A DNA stretch of 64,000 nucleotides from Pirellulales bacterium. Its GTDB lineage: Bacteria; Planctomycetota; Planctomycetia; Pirellulales; UBA1268. The translations under genes and the position numbers were made by a program. The stretch's first letter is position 1, and each line of letters starts with the position of its first letter. Of the stretch, positions 51,005 to 61,484 are shown one piece after another. The DNA lies in assembly GCA_965249545.1 (NCBI GenBank), contig CBDFMH010000005.1, positions 604,126 to 668,125 of the forward strand, in the 5' to 3' direction. The notes beneath the pieces were generated by a model. The model ran no database searches and was not told where the DNA came from. It worked only from the letters and a program-made list of their open reading frames with translations.

Positions 51005-51323
51005 ATATTTCATCGTGGAGTATGGATATCCGTAGCCTCTGAGCAAATTCCTCGTTTGCTCCTTTTGGCCCATCGGCAAATTTCGGAGGCTACATTAAGC
51101 AGTTAAGCATCGCAGACTAGGTAAGCCTACTTCAACCGATGTTCGCGTGAACAAGTCCTTTATTCCCTAAAAATAACTCGTTGTTTCCACCTCTGGCAAC
51201 TTTTCGCCTTGTGGAGACCAGAGTTGCTTCGGTATTTCTCAGCGGCTTGCTGTAGAAAGCCCAAGTCCGCTTGGCTTGATACTTCATGCCTACGACTGAC
51301 TAATTGACCGAGCCATATCACCT

Positions 51324-54300
51324 ATGCCGAACACCCGTATATTCAAAGAATGCACCGTCGGGGCTTCTCTAATCACCACGTTCAGGGTGATTGGTCGCCT
51401 GCTTTGCATTGCCGGATTACTAACGTTGCTTGCTGGGTCAAAAGATGCTTTTGCTCAATCAGCAGTTGTCGAACAGCTTCCGTCAACTGTTGATAGTACA
51501 GAGCAAGACGAACGCATTGTTGAGGTTCGGATTGAAGGAAATGAGACTGTTGAAATCTCAAAACTGCCACAACTTAACACACGAGCGGGTCAAATTTTTG
51601 ATCCACAAGCCATCGAAGAAGATGTACGAACGCTCCATCGCACACGAAAATTTATTGACGTCCTGCCTAAGTATGTAAGGGTACGTCAAGGGGTCGTAGT
51701 TGTCTTCACTGTAGTAGAACGTCCGACACTACGTTATGTAAAATTTGTTGGTAACCAACGTGTGACAACTCGAACATTACGAAAAAAATCGGAGATTGAT
51801 GTTGGTGATTCCATTGATAGCTATGTGGTTGAAGAAGCCCGTCGTCGACTTGAAAGTTACTACCATGAGAAAGGTTACGATGCAGCTCGTGTAACAACTG
51901 TTGAGGGAACAAAGCCGGGCGACAAAGGAGCAGTCTTTCTTGTCGATGAAGGTCGTAGTCGAAAATCTTTTTGGACCACCTTTGTTGGGAATACCATTGC
52001 AACCGATGCTCGATTACTCACACAGATCAAATCTAAACCGGGATTTTTCTGGTTCCTAGGTGGCGACGTTGATCACGAAAAAATTGATGCTGATGTTGAT
52101 ACGCTCACAGCCTATTACCGTAGCCTTGGTTTTTTTCAGGCACGCGTTGGTCGTGAAGTCCAAGTCATACATGGCCTTGGCCGGGACTGGGCTTTGCTCA
52201 CCTTTGTCATCAATGAGGGGCCTCGTTACAAGGTTCGGAATGTTTCATTTCTTGGCAACAGTCGATTTAAAGGTGAATTCCTCGAGCGTGATCTGAAGCT
52301 AAAAAGTGGTGAATTCTTTCACCAAAATCACATGGATTCTGACCTCGGTCTGATTCGTGATATTTATGGTGGCCGTGGTTTTGTATTCGCTGACATTCAA
52401 GCAGACCCACGGTTTCTCGAAGAGCCTGGTGAACTTGATTTGGTCTACAAGGTGGCCGAGGGACAGCGATATCGGGTTGGACAAATAAACGTCCGTATTG
52501 GTGGCGAAAACCCTCATACTCGCCATAGCGTCATATTGAACCGGCTCTCCCTCCGGCCCGGTGACATTCTGGACATCCGCAAACTACGTTCCGACGAACG
52601 GCGAATTGCATCGAGTGGTCTCTTCCTCAATGAACCTGCACGAGGAGAGGGACCACGGATTGTGTTTAGTAAACCTGATCCATCTGAACAATTAATCGCT
52701 CGTGAGCCAAATCAAAAAGGCTTTCGAGGCCAGAGCCCTGACGATGGTGACGCCGTGCTTGACCTCGTGCTCAAAGGTGAATTAGCTCCATCACCATCCG
52801 AGCAAGAATCTGCAGATACTGCTCGTGAGCCCACTCCAGGCACGAAGAACTCCGTCAGCCCCGCTGAAATGCGCGAGCAGCCCCAATGGCGAGGACAAAG
52901 TCCAGCGTACGGATATCAACCGCCCGCCACTACGACACCGGCACCCGCTACAAGTCCGCCACCGTATAGACAGTCATTCCCTCAGCAGGCTGCACCTGCT
53001 CGCCCGGCGAATGTTCCCAGTCCATCAACGGCCCAAAACCCAAATGTAGCTGCATGGGGTGGCTCTGCGATAGCAGCGACAAGCCCCGGGGCTGTTGACT
53101 ACGGGCGGATTCCACCCGCCTCTCCAACAGCGACCCCGATGGTTGCCCAGCAGCCCATCGCTCAACCTCAAGCTGCTCCTAACACACCCTCGGGGTATGC
53201 ACAGTCAGGTTTTGGACAACCTGGTTTTGCAGATCCTTCTGGATTTGATCCGCTTCCAAATGTCCCCGGAATGGGTCAACCGGGTCTGCCACCACCGGGC
53301 TTCGCTCAACCTCCTCTTCAACCATTTCCCGGCAACGAACCTTATGTAGTTGTTGATGTAAATGCTGAAGAAACACAGACAGGCCGGCTCATGATCGGAG
53401 CGGGGGTCAACTCCAATGCAGGCCTGGTTGGAAACATTGTGGTCGATGAGCAGAATTTTGATATTACTCGGCTTCCAACAAGTTGGGATGACATACGAAA
53501 CGGTACTGCCTTTCGTGGTGCAGGCCAAAGGTTTCGACTGGAAGCTGCACCTGGTACAGAGTTACAGCGATACACTGCGACCTTTCAAGAACCATATCTT
53601 TTTGATACTCGCGTCGGACTCTCAACGAGTGCTTCGTACTTCACTCGTTACTTTTTTGATTGGGCTGAAGGTCGTGTAGGAGGCCGTGTTGGCCTTGGGT
53701 ATCAGTTTGTCTTTGCCCCCGATTTATCAGTAAATACTGGCTTCCGTGGTGAGAGCGTTGATATCTTCAACCCTCGTGTTCCAGGTGTACCCGACATCGA
53801 TAGGATGCAAGGAACGAACTCGGTCTACGGCTTCAGTGGTGGGCTTATTCACGACACTCGCGACAGCCCTTTCCTACCAACCGAGGGCCATCTTGCAACT
53901 GTCGAATTCGAACAGGTGATAGGAACTTTTGTCTACCCACGAGGTGTCTTTGAAGCTCGGCAATACTTCCTTCTTAATCAGCGACCCGATGGTTCAGGCC
54001 GACATGTCCTCTCGATGGGCACCATACTCGGATTCTCTGGCCCTGATACGCCGTCGTATGACAACTTTTATGCTGGTGGATACAACACGATGCGAGGTTT
54101 TGTTTTTCGTGGAGCAAGTCCACGGCAGCGAAGCACAACCACAGGCCAGGAAGCAATTGTTGGTGGACCATTTGAATGGTTAAACACCGTTGAATATATG
54201 TTTCCCATTACTGCTGATGATTCCCTTCGTGGTGTTGTCTTTACTGATTTCGGTACAGTTGAACAAAACGTAACTATTAAGGACTTTCGAGTATCCCCAG

Positions 54301-54431
54301 GGTTTGGCCTCCGAATCACCATGCCTGCACTTGGACCAGCTCCGATCGCACTCGATTTTGCAGTACCTGTCTCATACGCTGATTTTGATAGCCAACAGCT
54401 CTTCAGCTTCTTTGTTGGGTTTGCGCGATAA
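51324..54431 (+). CDS. bamA: Outer membrane protein assembly factor BamA (POTRA domains + beta-barrel) with a large Pro/Gln-rich insertion
   Basis: Signal peptide, POTRA repeats (IEGNE, FVGNQ, FVGNT, FLGNS), EETQTG barrel start, FYAGG..TMRGF loop-6 motif, PIALDFA, terminal FSFFVGFAR. Confidence 0.92.
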   Translation: MPNTRIFKECTVGASLITTFRVIGRLLCIAGLLTLLAGSKDAFAQSAVVEQLPSTVDSTEQDERIVEVRIEGNETVEISKLPQLNTRAGQIFDPQAIEEDVRTLHRTRKFIDVLPKYVRVRQGVVVVFTVVERPTLRYVKFVGNQRVTTRTLRKKSEIDVGDSIDSYVVEEARRRLESYYHEKGYDAARVTTVEGTKPGDKGAVFLVDEGRSRKSFWTTFVGNTIATDARLLTQIKSKPGFFWFLGGDVDHEKIDADVDTLTAYYRSLGFFQARVGREVQVIHGLGRDWALLTFVINEGPRYKVRNVSFLGNSRFKGEFLERDLKLKSGEFFHQNHMDSDLGLIRDIYGGRGFVFADIQADPRFLEEPGELDLVYKVAEGQRYRVGQINVRIGGENPHTRHSVILNRLSLRPGDILDIRKLRSDERRIASSGLFLNEPARGEGPRIVFSKPDPSEQLIAREPNQKGFRGQSPDDGDAVLDLVLKGELAPSPSEQESADTAREPTPGTKNSVSPAEMREQPQWRGQSPAYGYQPPATTTPAPATSPPPYRQSFPQQAAPARPANVPSPSTAQNPNVAAWGGSAIAATSPGAVDYGRIPPASPTATPMVAQQPIAQPQAAPNTPSGYAQSGFGQPGFADPSGFDPLPNVPGMGQPGLPPPGFAQPPLQPFPGNEPYVVVDVNAEETQTGRLMIGAGVNSNAGLVGNIVVDEQNFDITRLPTSWDDIRNGTAFRGAGQRFRLEAAPGTELQRYTATFQEPYLFDTRVGLSTSASYFTRYFFDWAEGRVGGRVGLGYQFVFAPDLSVNTGFRGESVDIFNPRVPGVPDIDRMQGTNSVYGFSGGLIHDTRDSPFLPTEGHLATVEFEQVIGTFVYPRGVFEARQYFLLNQRPDGSGRHVLSMGTILGFSGPDTPSYDNFYAGGYNTMRGFVFRGASPRQRSTTTGQEAIVGGPFEWLNTVEYMFPITADDSLRGVVFTDFGTVEQNVTIKDFRVSPGFGLRITMPALGPAPIALDFAVPVSYADFDSQQLFSFFVGFAR

Positions 54432-54440
54432 TCGCTTTCT

Positions 54441-55778
54441 CTATCGAGCCTTGCCTTCGATAGCCGACTGTGCAACTGCAACACCTGCGACATACGCACT
54501 CGACCAGGCCCACTGAAAATTAAAGCCTCCGATTCGACCGTCCACATCAAGGACTTCACCAGCAAGGTAAAGACCGGGGCACTTTCTACTTTCCATAGTT
54601 TCCAGTTTTACTTCTTCAAGAGGGACGCCACCGGCTGTCGCTTCCGCTATAGAAAAACCCCGATCGCCAGTTACGGGTAATGGCGTAGCGGTAATATTTT
54701 GAACTAGTTTTTTTCGAATGGTTCGAGTTAAGTCGCCGACAAGTGGAGCCTCCGACTCTATGCAGATTCGTCGAGCCAATCTGTCTGGAAGCCATTGCCG
54801 TAACACGCCAAATGCTCCTGCACGTTGAGACTGAAAGAACTCATCGACCGTTTCGGTATTTTGGCCCGGAAGCCAGTTGATACTCAACTGAACATCTGGA
54901 TCTGTATTCCGTGCAATGAGCCAGTGACGACTGATGTCAAGAACAGCCGGACCTGAAAGGCCACGATGTGTACAGAGCGTACTACCAGAACAAGATACAA
55001 TCCGTTTTCCTGATGGTTTGGAAAGTGTGACTGTTGTGGGCACAGTTACTCCGGATAGCTCTCTAATCCAATGACTGTCTGCCAACACGAGTGGGACCAG
55101 GGCGGGAACTAAGGGCTTTGTAATTGTATGACCTAGATTTTCCACCAATCTGTAGCCACCACCGTCTGAACCGCTTTTGGGCAATGACTTTCCACCCGTA
55201 CACACGATGACATATCGAGCCAGCAACACACCACTTTCCAACATCACTCTGAACCGTGGCTCTTGCTTCACATTGCTTGCCGTGCCACTGACTGGAAGTT
55301 GTTCGATATCAGTCACACGTGCAGGATGTTCAAGCGACACGTGCGATTCTTTGGACTGATCAATAAGTGCATTGAGAATGGTCCTCGCTGAGTCAGTCAC
55401 CGGGAATAATTTACCCGTTTCTTCTTCCTTAAGTTCAACACCTGCTTCGGAAAAGAAATGAATCGTGTGTGCTACCGAAAAGCGACGCAATACTTTACGA
55501 ATTGCTGCCGGACTGCTTCCTGCAAAATCATGTTCTGTGACACGACGGTGAGTCACATTACAGCGTCCTCCACCAGCTACGAGAATTTTGGCACCAAGTT
55601 TTTTTGCCCCATCGAAGACTGTGATTCCAATCGGATGGCCTTCTGAATTTTTTCCTGCCCATATTGCAGCAAAAAGGCCCGCCGCTCCTGCACCAATAAT
55701 AGCCACATCAATATGCTCTTCTTCGCACAAGTGTGATTCTTTGCTGTATCGATGTGGCATTTCACTATCCATTTTCAT
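54441..55778 (-). CDS. HI0933/BaiN-like NAD(P)/FAD-dependent oxidoreductase
   Basis: IIGAGAAG, KILVAGGGRCNVT, TGGKSLP..GSDG, TAGGV, GEVLDVDGRIGGFNFQWAW. Start uncertain. Confidence 0.92.
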   Translation of the reverse strand: MKMDSEMPHRYSKESHLCEEEHIDVAIIGAGAAGLFAAIWAGKNSEGHPIGITVFDGAKKLGAKILVAGGGRCNVTHRRVTEHDFAGSSPAAIRKVLRRFSVAHTIHFFSEAGVELKEEETGKLFPVTDSARTILNALIDQSKESHVSLEHPARVTDIEQLPVSGTASNVKQEPRFRVMLESGVLLARYVIVCTGGKSLPKSGSDGGGYRLVENLGHTITKPLVPALVPLVLADSHWIRELSGVTVPTTVTLSKPSGKRIVSCSGSTLCTHRGLSGPAVLDISRHWLIARNTDPDVQLSINWLPGQNTETVDEFFQSQRAGAFGVLRQWLPDRLARRICIESEAPLVGDLTRTIRKKLVQNITATPLPVTGDRGFSIAEATAGGVPLEEVKLETMESRKCPGLYLAGEVLDVDGRIGGFNFQWAWSSAYVAGVAVAQSAIEGKAR

Positions 55779-56007
55779 GGAATCTGTAAAAGTGTCTAAG
55801 AAGAGACATTACTTGTTTGGATGAGAAAAGTGACTGTCTTCGTAAAATACCTCGACGGGCAGACACTAAAGTACATTGTCCGATGGATTTGATACGCATA
55901 GGGTACACGACAATGTTGTTGAACTTCTTGGTACAGCGTTCAGTGTGAATAAACAATTAGAATTAGTGGATGCTCATCCTACGCTGGATGCTTTATTGGG
56001 GAATTGC

Positions 56008-58590
56008 ATGCCAAAGACCGACACCAAAGAAATGCACGGACGGCTGATTTCTTTTTGTTCGAGATGGTTTTTTCTTGTTCTGCTTTTCAGTGACAATGCA
56101 GGGGCATCTGACGGCACCACTCGTAAGCCACTGGAATTTAATCGAGACATTCGTCCGATTCTTGCTGAAAAATGTTTCTACTGTCATGGGCCAGACCCAA
56201 ACAAAAGAGAAGCCGATCTTCGTCTCGATCAACGACAATCTGCTTTCGATGCTGGTGCGATTGATCCTTCAGAAAGCTTGATCATCGAGCGTATCCATTC
56301 CGATGACAGTGACCTCATCATGCCACCACAAGATTCGAATCGTCGTCTTTCTCAGCGCGATAAAAAAATACTTTCCCGATGGATTCATGAAGGGGCCACG
56401 TATCAAACACACTGGGCATTTGTAGCTCCCGTCCAAAATAATCCGCCAGTGAGTGACACGCCATCACTCCAGAATTGGCCAGAAAATCCAATTGACTCGT
56501 TTATTCTTGCTCAACTTGAAGAAGTCGATCTTACACCGTCACCAGAAGCAGACCGGGAAACATTAATTCGGCGTCTCTATGCCGATCTTATTGGCCTTCC
56601 TCCATCGCCTGAAAACATCGATGAGTTTCTCACTAATCGTTCACCCGATGCATATGAACAGTTGGTCGATCAATTGTTGGAAAATCAGCATTATGGCGAA
56701 CGCATGGCAATCGCCTGGCTCGATACTGCTCGCTTTGCAGACAGCAATGGTTTTCAGCAGGATGGTGATACGTGGCAATGGATCTGGCGAGATTGGGTGA
56801 TCGACGCTCTCAATAAAGACATGCCTTTTGATCAGTTTTCAATTGAGCAACTTGCTGGGGACTTACTACCGGACGCTACACAACAGCAACAAATCGCTAC
56901 TGCCTTTAACAGGAATCACCTTTTGAATGGTGAAGGAGGTGCAATTGCTGAAGAACAGCGATTCAACAATCTGTTTGATCGCGTTGATACAACAAGCACA
57001 ACCTGGCTTGGTCTGACCATGGCATGCGCTCAGTGCCATGATCATAAATATGATTCTTTGACGCAGGTCGATTATTACCGACTACTCCATGTTTTTAACC
57101 AAGTGGCAGAAACAGGCCGACCTGGTCGACAATCTTCTCGCATCCGTGTTGCCACACCTTTCTTAGAGGTTGCCACTGCTGGCCAAAAAGAAGAGCTCGC
57201 ACGATTAAAACAGAACATGAAAGAGCTTGAGAAGAAAGCCAAGCCTAGTATGGACGCTGCATATGCCGCATGGAAAACAGGCTTGTTTGCCGACGGGCAG
57301 GCTGCAGACGGAGAAGATCTTCCACGATCACTTACGCCATTACTCCGAAAATCTGAAGACGCTCGATCTGATGCTGAAAAGAAAAAAATTGAAAAAGGGC
57401 TGCGACAATTTTTCATGAGCAAAGTACGCCAGTCAGTCATGAAAGATGTGCTGATCGTTGCTGAGTATGAAAAAGCGAAGCAAGCTCATGATGCCTTCAG
57501 TGGTGATGAGATCCCACGGATTATGGTTATGAGTGACGACAAGCCACGGGAAACCCGTGTACTTGATCGCGGTGCCTATCTTTCACCACGTGGTGATGCT
57601 CTTGCTTTCCTGCCACCGGCAAACCTGCCGCCCTTACCCGATGCCTTTCCGAAGAATAGGCTTGGTCTTGCAAAATGGTTATTCCTCCCAAATCATCCTC
57701 TCACCGCTCGCGTGCAGGTGAATCGGATGTGGCAACGTTTTTTTGGAACAGGCCTTGTCAAAACCACAGAAGATATGGGTGTACAAAGTGAGTACCCACG
57801 GCACCTCGCTCTCCTTGACTGGCTTGCAATTGCATTTCAAAAAAGAGGGTGGAGCCAGAAGTCCATGCACAAACTGCTGGTTATGAGTGCAACCTATCGA
57901 CAAGAAAGCAAGATAAATCCCGACCATCTGGAAAAAGATCCAGAGAATCGACTTCATGGGCGTGCGAGTCGTTTTCGAATGCCTTCCATGATTTTACGTG
58001 ATTGGGCCCTTGCTTGTAGTGGTTTACTCAATGAAAACATTGGGGGTCCTCCGGTATACCCATACCAGCCTGATCAGATCTGGGAATCACTGGCAATTAC
58101 GAAAGAGCGAGATTTCACCTACCCTCAATCAACTGGAACAGACCTCTATCGCCGCAGCATTTATACCTTCTGGCGACGCACTGTTGCACCTGCCAACATG
58201 TTTGACTCTGCCAACCGTCGGACATGCACCGTTCGTGTCAATCAAACGTGTACACCACTCCATGCACTGACGACCCTGAATGACCCAACCTGGGTTGAGG
58301 CAGCGCATTCGCTTGCAAAGCGATGCATGACAAACAGAAATACGCTTGATGAACAAATTATTTTTGCATTCCGAACCGTTGTAAGCCGACTGCCAACCTC
58401 TGCCGAACGTGCAGTACTTGCAGATATGTATGCGCACCAACACTCCCACACGACTGTGGAGTCAGCGCATGCATTCCTTGGTAGCAATACACGCTTACCA
58501 GACGCGTCTTATGACCCAGTGAAACTCACTGCATTAGGAAATGTTTGCTTAGCCATTCTGAATCTTGATGAAGCACTCAATCGTGAATAA
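56008..58590 (+). CDS. Planctomycete cytochrome c (PSCyt1) + DUF1549 + DUF1553 protein
   Basis: Heme motifs CFYCH and CAQCH, FNRDIRPIL, ARFADSNG, YRRSIYTFWRR, NLDE. Start at 56008 or 56032 (ORF opens at 55876). Confidence 0.93.
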   Translation: MPKTDTKEMHGRLISFCSRWFFLVLLFSDNAGASDGTTRKPLEFNRDIRPILAEKCFYCHGPDPNKREADLRLDQRQSAFDAGAIDPSESLIIERIHSDDSDLIMPPQDSNRRLSQRDKKILSRWIHEGATYQTHWAFVAPVQNNPPVSDTPSLQNWPENPIDSFILAQLEEVDLTPSPEADRETLIRRLYADLIGLPPSPENIDEFLTNRSPDAYEQLVDQLLENQHYGERMAIAWLDTARFADSNGFQQDGDTWQWIWRDWVIDALNKDMPFDQFSIEQLAGDLLPDATQQQQIATAFNRNHLLNGEGGAIAEEQRFNNLFDRVDTTSTTWLGLTMACAQCHDHKYDSLTQVDYYRLLHVFNQVAETGRPGRQSSRIRVATPFLEVATAGQKEELARLKQNMKELEKKAKPSMDAAYAAWKTGLFADGQAADGEDLPRSLTPLLRKSEDARSDAEKKKIEKGLRQFFMSKVRQSVMKDVLIVAEYEKAKQAHDAFSGDEIPRIMVMSDDKPRETRVLDRGAYLSPRGDALAFLPPANLPPLPDAFPKNRLGLAKWLFLPNHPLTARVQVNRMWQRFFGTGLVKTTEDMGVQSEYPRHLALLDWLAIAFQKRGWSQKSMHKLLVMSATYRQESKINPDHLEKDPENRLHGRASRFRMPSMILRDWALACSGLLNENIGGPPVYPYQPDQIWESLAITKERDFTYPQSTGTDLYRRSIYTFWRRTVAPANMFDSANRRTCTVRVNQTCTPLHALTTLNDPTWVEAAHSLAKRCMTNRNTLDEQIIFAFRTVVSRLPTSAERAVLADMYAHQHSHTTVESAHAFLGSNTRLPDASYDPVKLTALGNVCLAILNLDEALNRE

Positions 58591-58650
58591 GCACTGTAAA
58601 AAACACCACCGAATGAGTTTCCTCAGACTGCAAATGAGAAGGCTGTAAGT

Positions 58651-60099
58651 ATGCATGATCTATTCAATGAAAATCTGGCTCGCGTCACTCGCCGTCAACT
58701 CTTTGGATCAGCCAGACAAGGAATCGGTCTTGCTGCTTTGGCATCACTTTTCAAACGTGACAGCACTTGCGAAGGAAGCGTACCCGGACGTGTTGACCTT
58801 CCACACCATGCTCCGCGTGCAAAACGAATGGTGATGCTCTGGCAAGGAGGAGGCCCTTCTCATGTTGATCTCTTTGATCCGAAGGATGCTCTCTTCAAAC
58901 GTTCTGGTGAGGATATTCCAGATAGTGTTCGAGGAACAACTCGTCTTTCAACAATGTCGAGTGGGTATTCAAAATGGCCTGTCGTTGCACCAATCAAAAA
59001 ATTTCAGCGGTTTGGCCAGTGTGGCATGGAACTCAGTGAAATGCTTCCAGCGATTGGCAGGCTTGCCGATGACATCTGTCTTGTTCGCAGCCTTCACACC
59101 GAGGCTGTGAATCATGCGCCTGGGGTCACATTTTTCCTCACCGGAAGCCAGGTTCCTGGTCGCCCGAGTCTCGGTGCATGGATGTCGTATGGCCTTGGAT
59201 GCGAGACCGAAGAATTGCCGGCTTTTGTTGTTATGACATCCTCTGATAAGGCAAAGAGTTGCGGGCAGCTCTTTTTTGATTACTACTGGGGTTCCGGTTT
59301 TCTTCCCAGTCGATATCAAGGAGTAAAATTCCGAAACACGGGAGAGCCTGTTCCGTATCTTGCAAACCCTCCAGGTATCAGTCGTGCTGCCAGACGAGCC
59401 TTACTGGATGACCTTGCCGTCATGAACGCCAAGCACCTAGCAGACTACGGTGACCCTGAGATTGATACTCGGATTGCCTCCTATGAGATGGCCTTCCAAA
59501 TGCAATCGAGTGTGCCAGATCTCATTGACTTCTCGGATGAACCAAAACATGTGCTTGATCGGTACGGACCTGATGTGCATGTGAAGGGATCATTCGCTTT
59601 CAACTGTCTGGTAGCGAGAAGACTACTGGAACGTGGTACTCGATTTGTCCAATTAATGCATGCTGGTTGGGACCAACACAGTAATCTACATACTCAACTT
59701 GAAATTCAGTGTCGCGATACAGAAGGACCATCTGCTGCACTGGTGCAAGACCTCAAAGATCGTGGACTGCTCGAAGACACACTGGTGGCGTGGGGTGGTG
59801 AATTTGGTCGGACACCCTTTGGGCAAGGTGACCCAGCCAATCCAAAGGGCCGTGACCATTTTGGAAAGGCTTTTTCATGGTGGCTGGCAGGTGGAGGAGT
59901 AAAAAGTGGATATGTCCACGGCGCAACAGATGAGTATGCGTGGAATATTACTTCTGATCCCATTCACGTTCACGACATGCAGGCCACGATTATGCATCTG
60001 CTCGGCATTGATCACACCCGCCTGACGTACCGGTATCAGGGTCGACAATTCCGGCTCACGGATGTTCATGGCGAAGTCGTTTCCAGCATGCTGCGTTGA
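58651..60099 (+). CDS. DUF1501 family protein
   Basis: TRRQLF, AKRMVMLWQGGGPSHVDLFD, NHAPG, WDQH, EFGRTP, GRDH, RLTDVHG. Confidence 0.93.
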   Translation: MHDLFNENLARVTRRQLFGSARQGIGLAALASLFKRDSTCEGSVPGRVDLPHHAPRAKRMVMLWQGGGPSHVDLFDPKDALFKRSGEDIPDSVRGTTRLSTMSSGYSKWPVVAPIKKFQRFGQCGMELSEMLPAIGRLADDICLVRSLHTEAVNHAPGVTFFLTGSQVPGRPSLGAWMSYGLGCETEELPAFVVMTSSDKAKSCGQLFFDYYWGSGFLPSRYQGVKFRNTGEPVPYLANPPGISRAARRALLDDLAVMNAKHLADYGDPEIDTRIASYEMAFQMQSSVPDLIDFSDEPKHVLDRYGPDVHVKGSFAFNCLVARRLLERGTRFVQLMHAGWDQHSNLHTQLEIQCRDTEGPSAALVQDLKDRGLLEDTLVAWGGEFGRTPFGQGDPANPKGRDHFGKAFSWWLAGGGVKSGYVHGATDEYAWNITSDPIHVHDMQATIMHLLGIDHTRLTYRYQGRQFRLTDVHGEVVSSMLR

Positions 60100-60397
60100 C
60101 AGAATGAAACCACATTGAAGGCAATGATTTCCGTTTTTATGGTATTAAAAAAAATCAGCTGAAAGACCCTCCAAATCACTTTTGCTGAACGAAGTCATTG
60201 CTTGTAACTCGTCCAAAAAGAGTCCAAAACCATGTGCTCAGAAAAATCATGCGGTTGCACAGAGAAGAACTGGAAGTACACCCACTATTGAGGGGTCGCA
60301 GTACGCATTATCGAGCTTCATTCGTTATAATCCCCCTAGTCTTCGGCAATTTCGAAAATCAGCGGGTTTGTCTATTTTCAGCGCACCTTGTAAGTGC

Positions 60398-60426
60398 TTG
60401 ACTACTGTTGATTCTGGCTATACCTT
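60398..60426 (+). promoter_or_regulatory. Candidate sigma70-type promoter of the DUF1559 pilin-like gene
   Basis: TTGACT (60398-60403), 17-nt spacer, TACCTT (60421-60426). Confidence 0.5.
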
Positions 60427-60594
60427 TACGCATGGTGGAGGGAAATTGTACGGAACAGTTTTGCTCCAGATGATTCGAAATACGTTATTTAATCATCAGG
60501 AACTGGCATAGCAACAAGGGGCGCGTGCTTGTTTTTCCGACCTTTTGGGATTTTATTTTTTCTCTCATTTACCCGTTAGGGTGGAGGAATCTTT

Positions 60595-61458
60595 ATGAGT
60601 GTTACGTCACGTCGAGGGTTTACCCTCATCGAACTCCTGGTTGTTATTGCAATCATCGGTGTTCTTGTTGGTCTTCTGTTGCCAGCTGTGCAACAGGCTC
60701 GTGAAGCTGCTCGTCGCAGTTCATGCGGAAATAAACTGAAGCAACAAGGTTTGGCTGCACACAACTATGCTGACAAGCATGCAAGTCGTGGAGACAATTT
60801 CTTGCCTAGTGCAATGGGTGTCAATGGGTCTGGTGCTGCTAACAGTACAAACCCAGTAGCTGCTACGCTTGGCTGGAGTCACATTGTTGCGATTCTTCCA
60901 TATGGTGAAGAAAACAATCTTTACAATGCGATCAATGGAGCTGGCAACTACGCTGTGCCAACAGGTACCAATGCAACTGTTGAAGTTGATTGGCTCATCT
61001 GCCCTTCATTCGTTGGTACCACAGCTGGCCAAAGTGTTTATAAGGCCAATGTTGGAACCAGTGATGAACAAGGTGCATCTGCAACAGCTTCAGGTGCGTT
61101 CAATGCAAAAACCCTGAGCGACAATGGCGGTCTTGGACTTTTCCAGGATAAGGGATTTGCTTCCTATCGTGATGGCACAAGTAACACCCTCATGATCGTT
61201 GAAGAAAACTTCAATGAAAACTTCTGGGAAGGTCACTCGAATGCCTCGACTTTTGGTCTTGCAACTGGGAATTCGGTCTCGCCGATCCCAGGAACTGCTT
61301 CACAGCAGTTCCCAAGTTCGCCACATGCTGGTGGTGTAAATGGGTACTGCTCTGCTGATGGTTCAAGTGGCTTTATGTCCAACACCATTAGCCAAGCTAC
61401 GCTGCGAGCTTTGGCCACTGCCAACAGTAGTGACACGATTGGTGACGATCGACCTTAG
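60595..61458 (+). CDS. DUF1559 prepilin-type N-terminal cleavage/methylation protein (pilin-like)
   Basis: [61 protein letters not shown]10-DG ([13 protein letters not shown]). Confidence 0.93.
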   Translation: MSVTSRRGFTLIELLVVIAIIGVLVGLLLPAVQQAREAARRSSCGNKLKQQGLAAHNYADKHASRGDNFLPSAMGVNGSGAANSTNPVAATLGWSHIVAILPYGEENNLYNAINGAGNYAVPTGTNATVEVDWLICPSFVGTTAGQSVYKANVGTSDEQGASATASGAFNAKTLSDNGGLGLFQDKGFASYRDGTSNTLMIVEENFNENFWEGHSNASTFGLATGNSVSPIPGTASQQFPSSPHAGGVNGYCSADGSSGFMSNTISQATLRALATANSSDTIGDDRP

Positions 61459-61484
61459 TTTTTGAAAGCTATTGTTCATACAGG

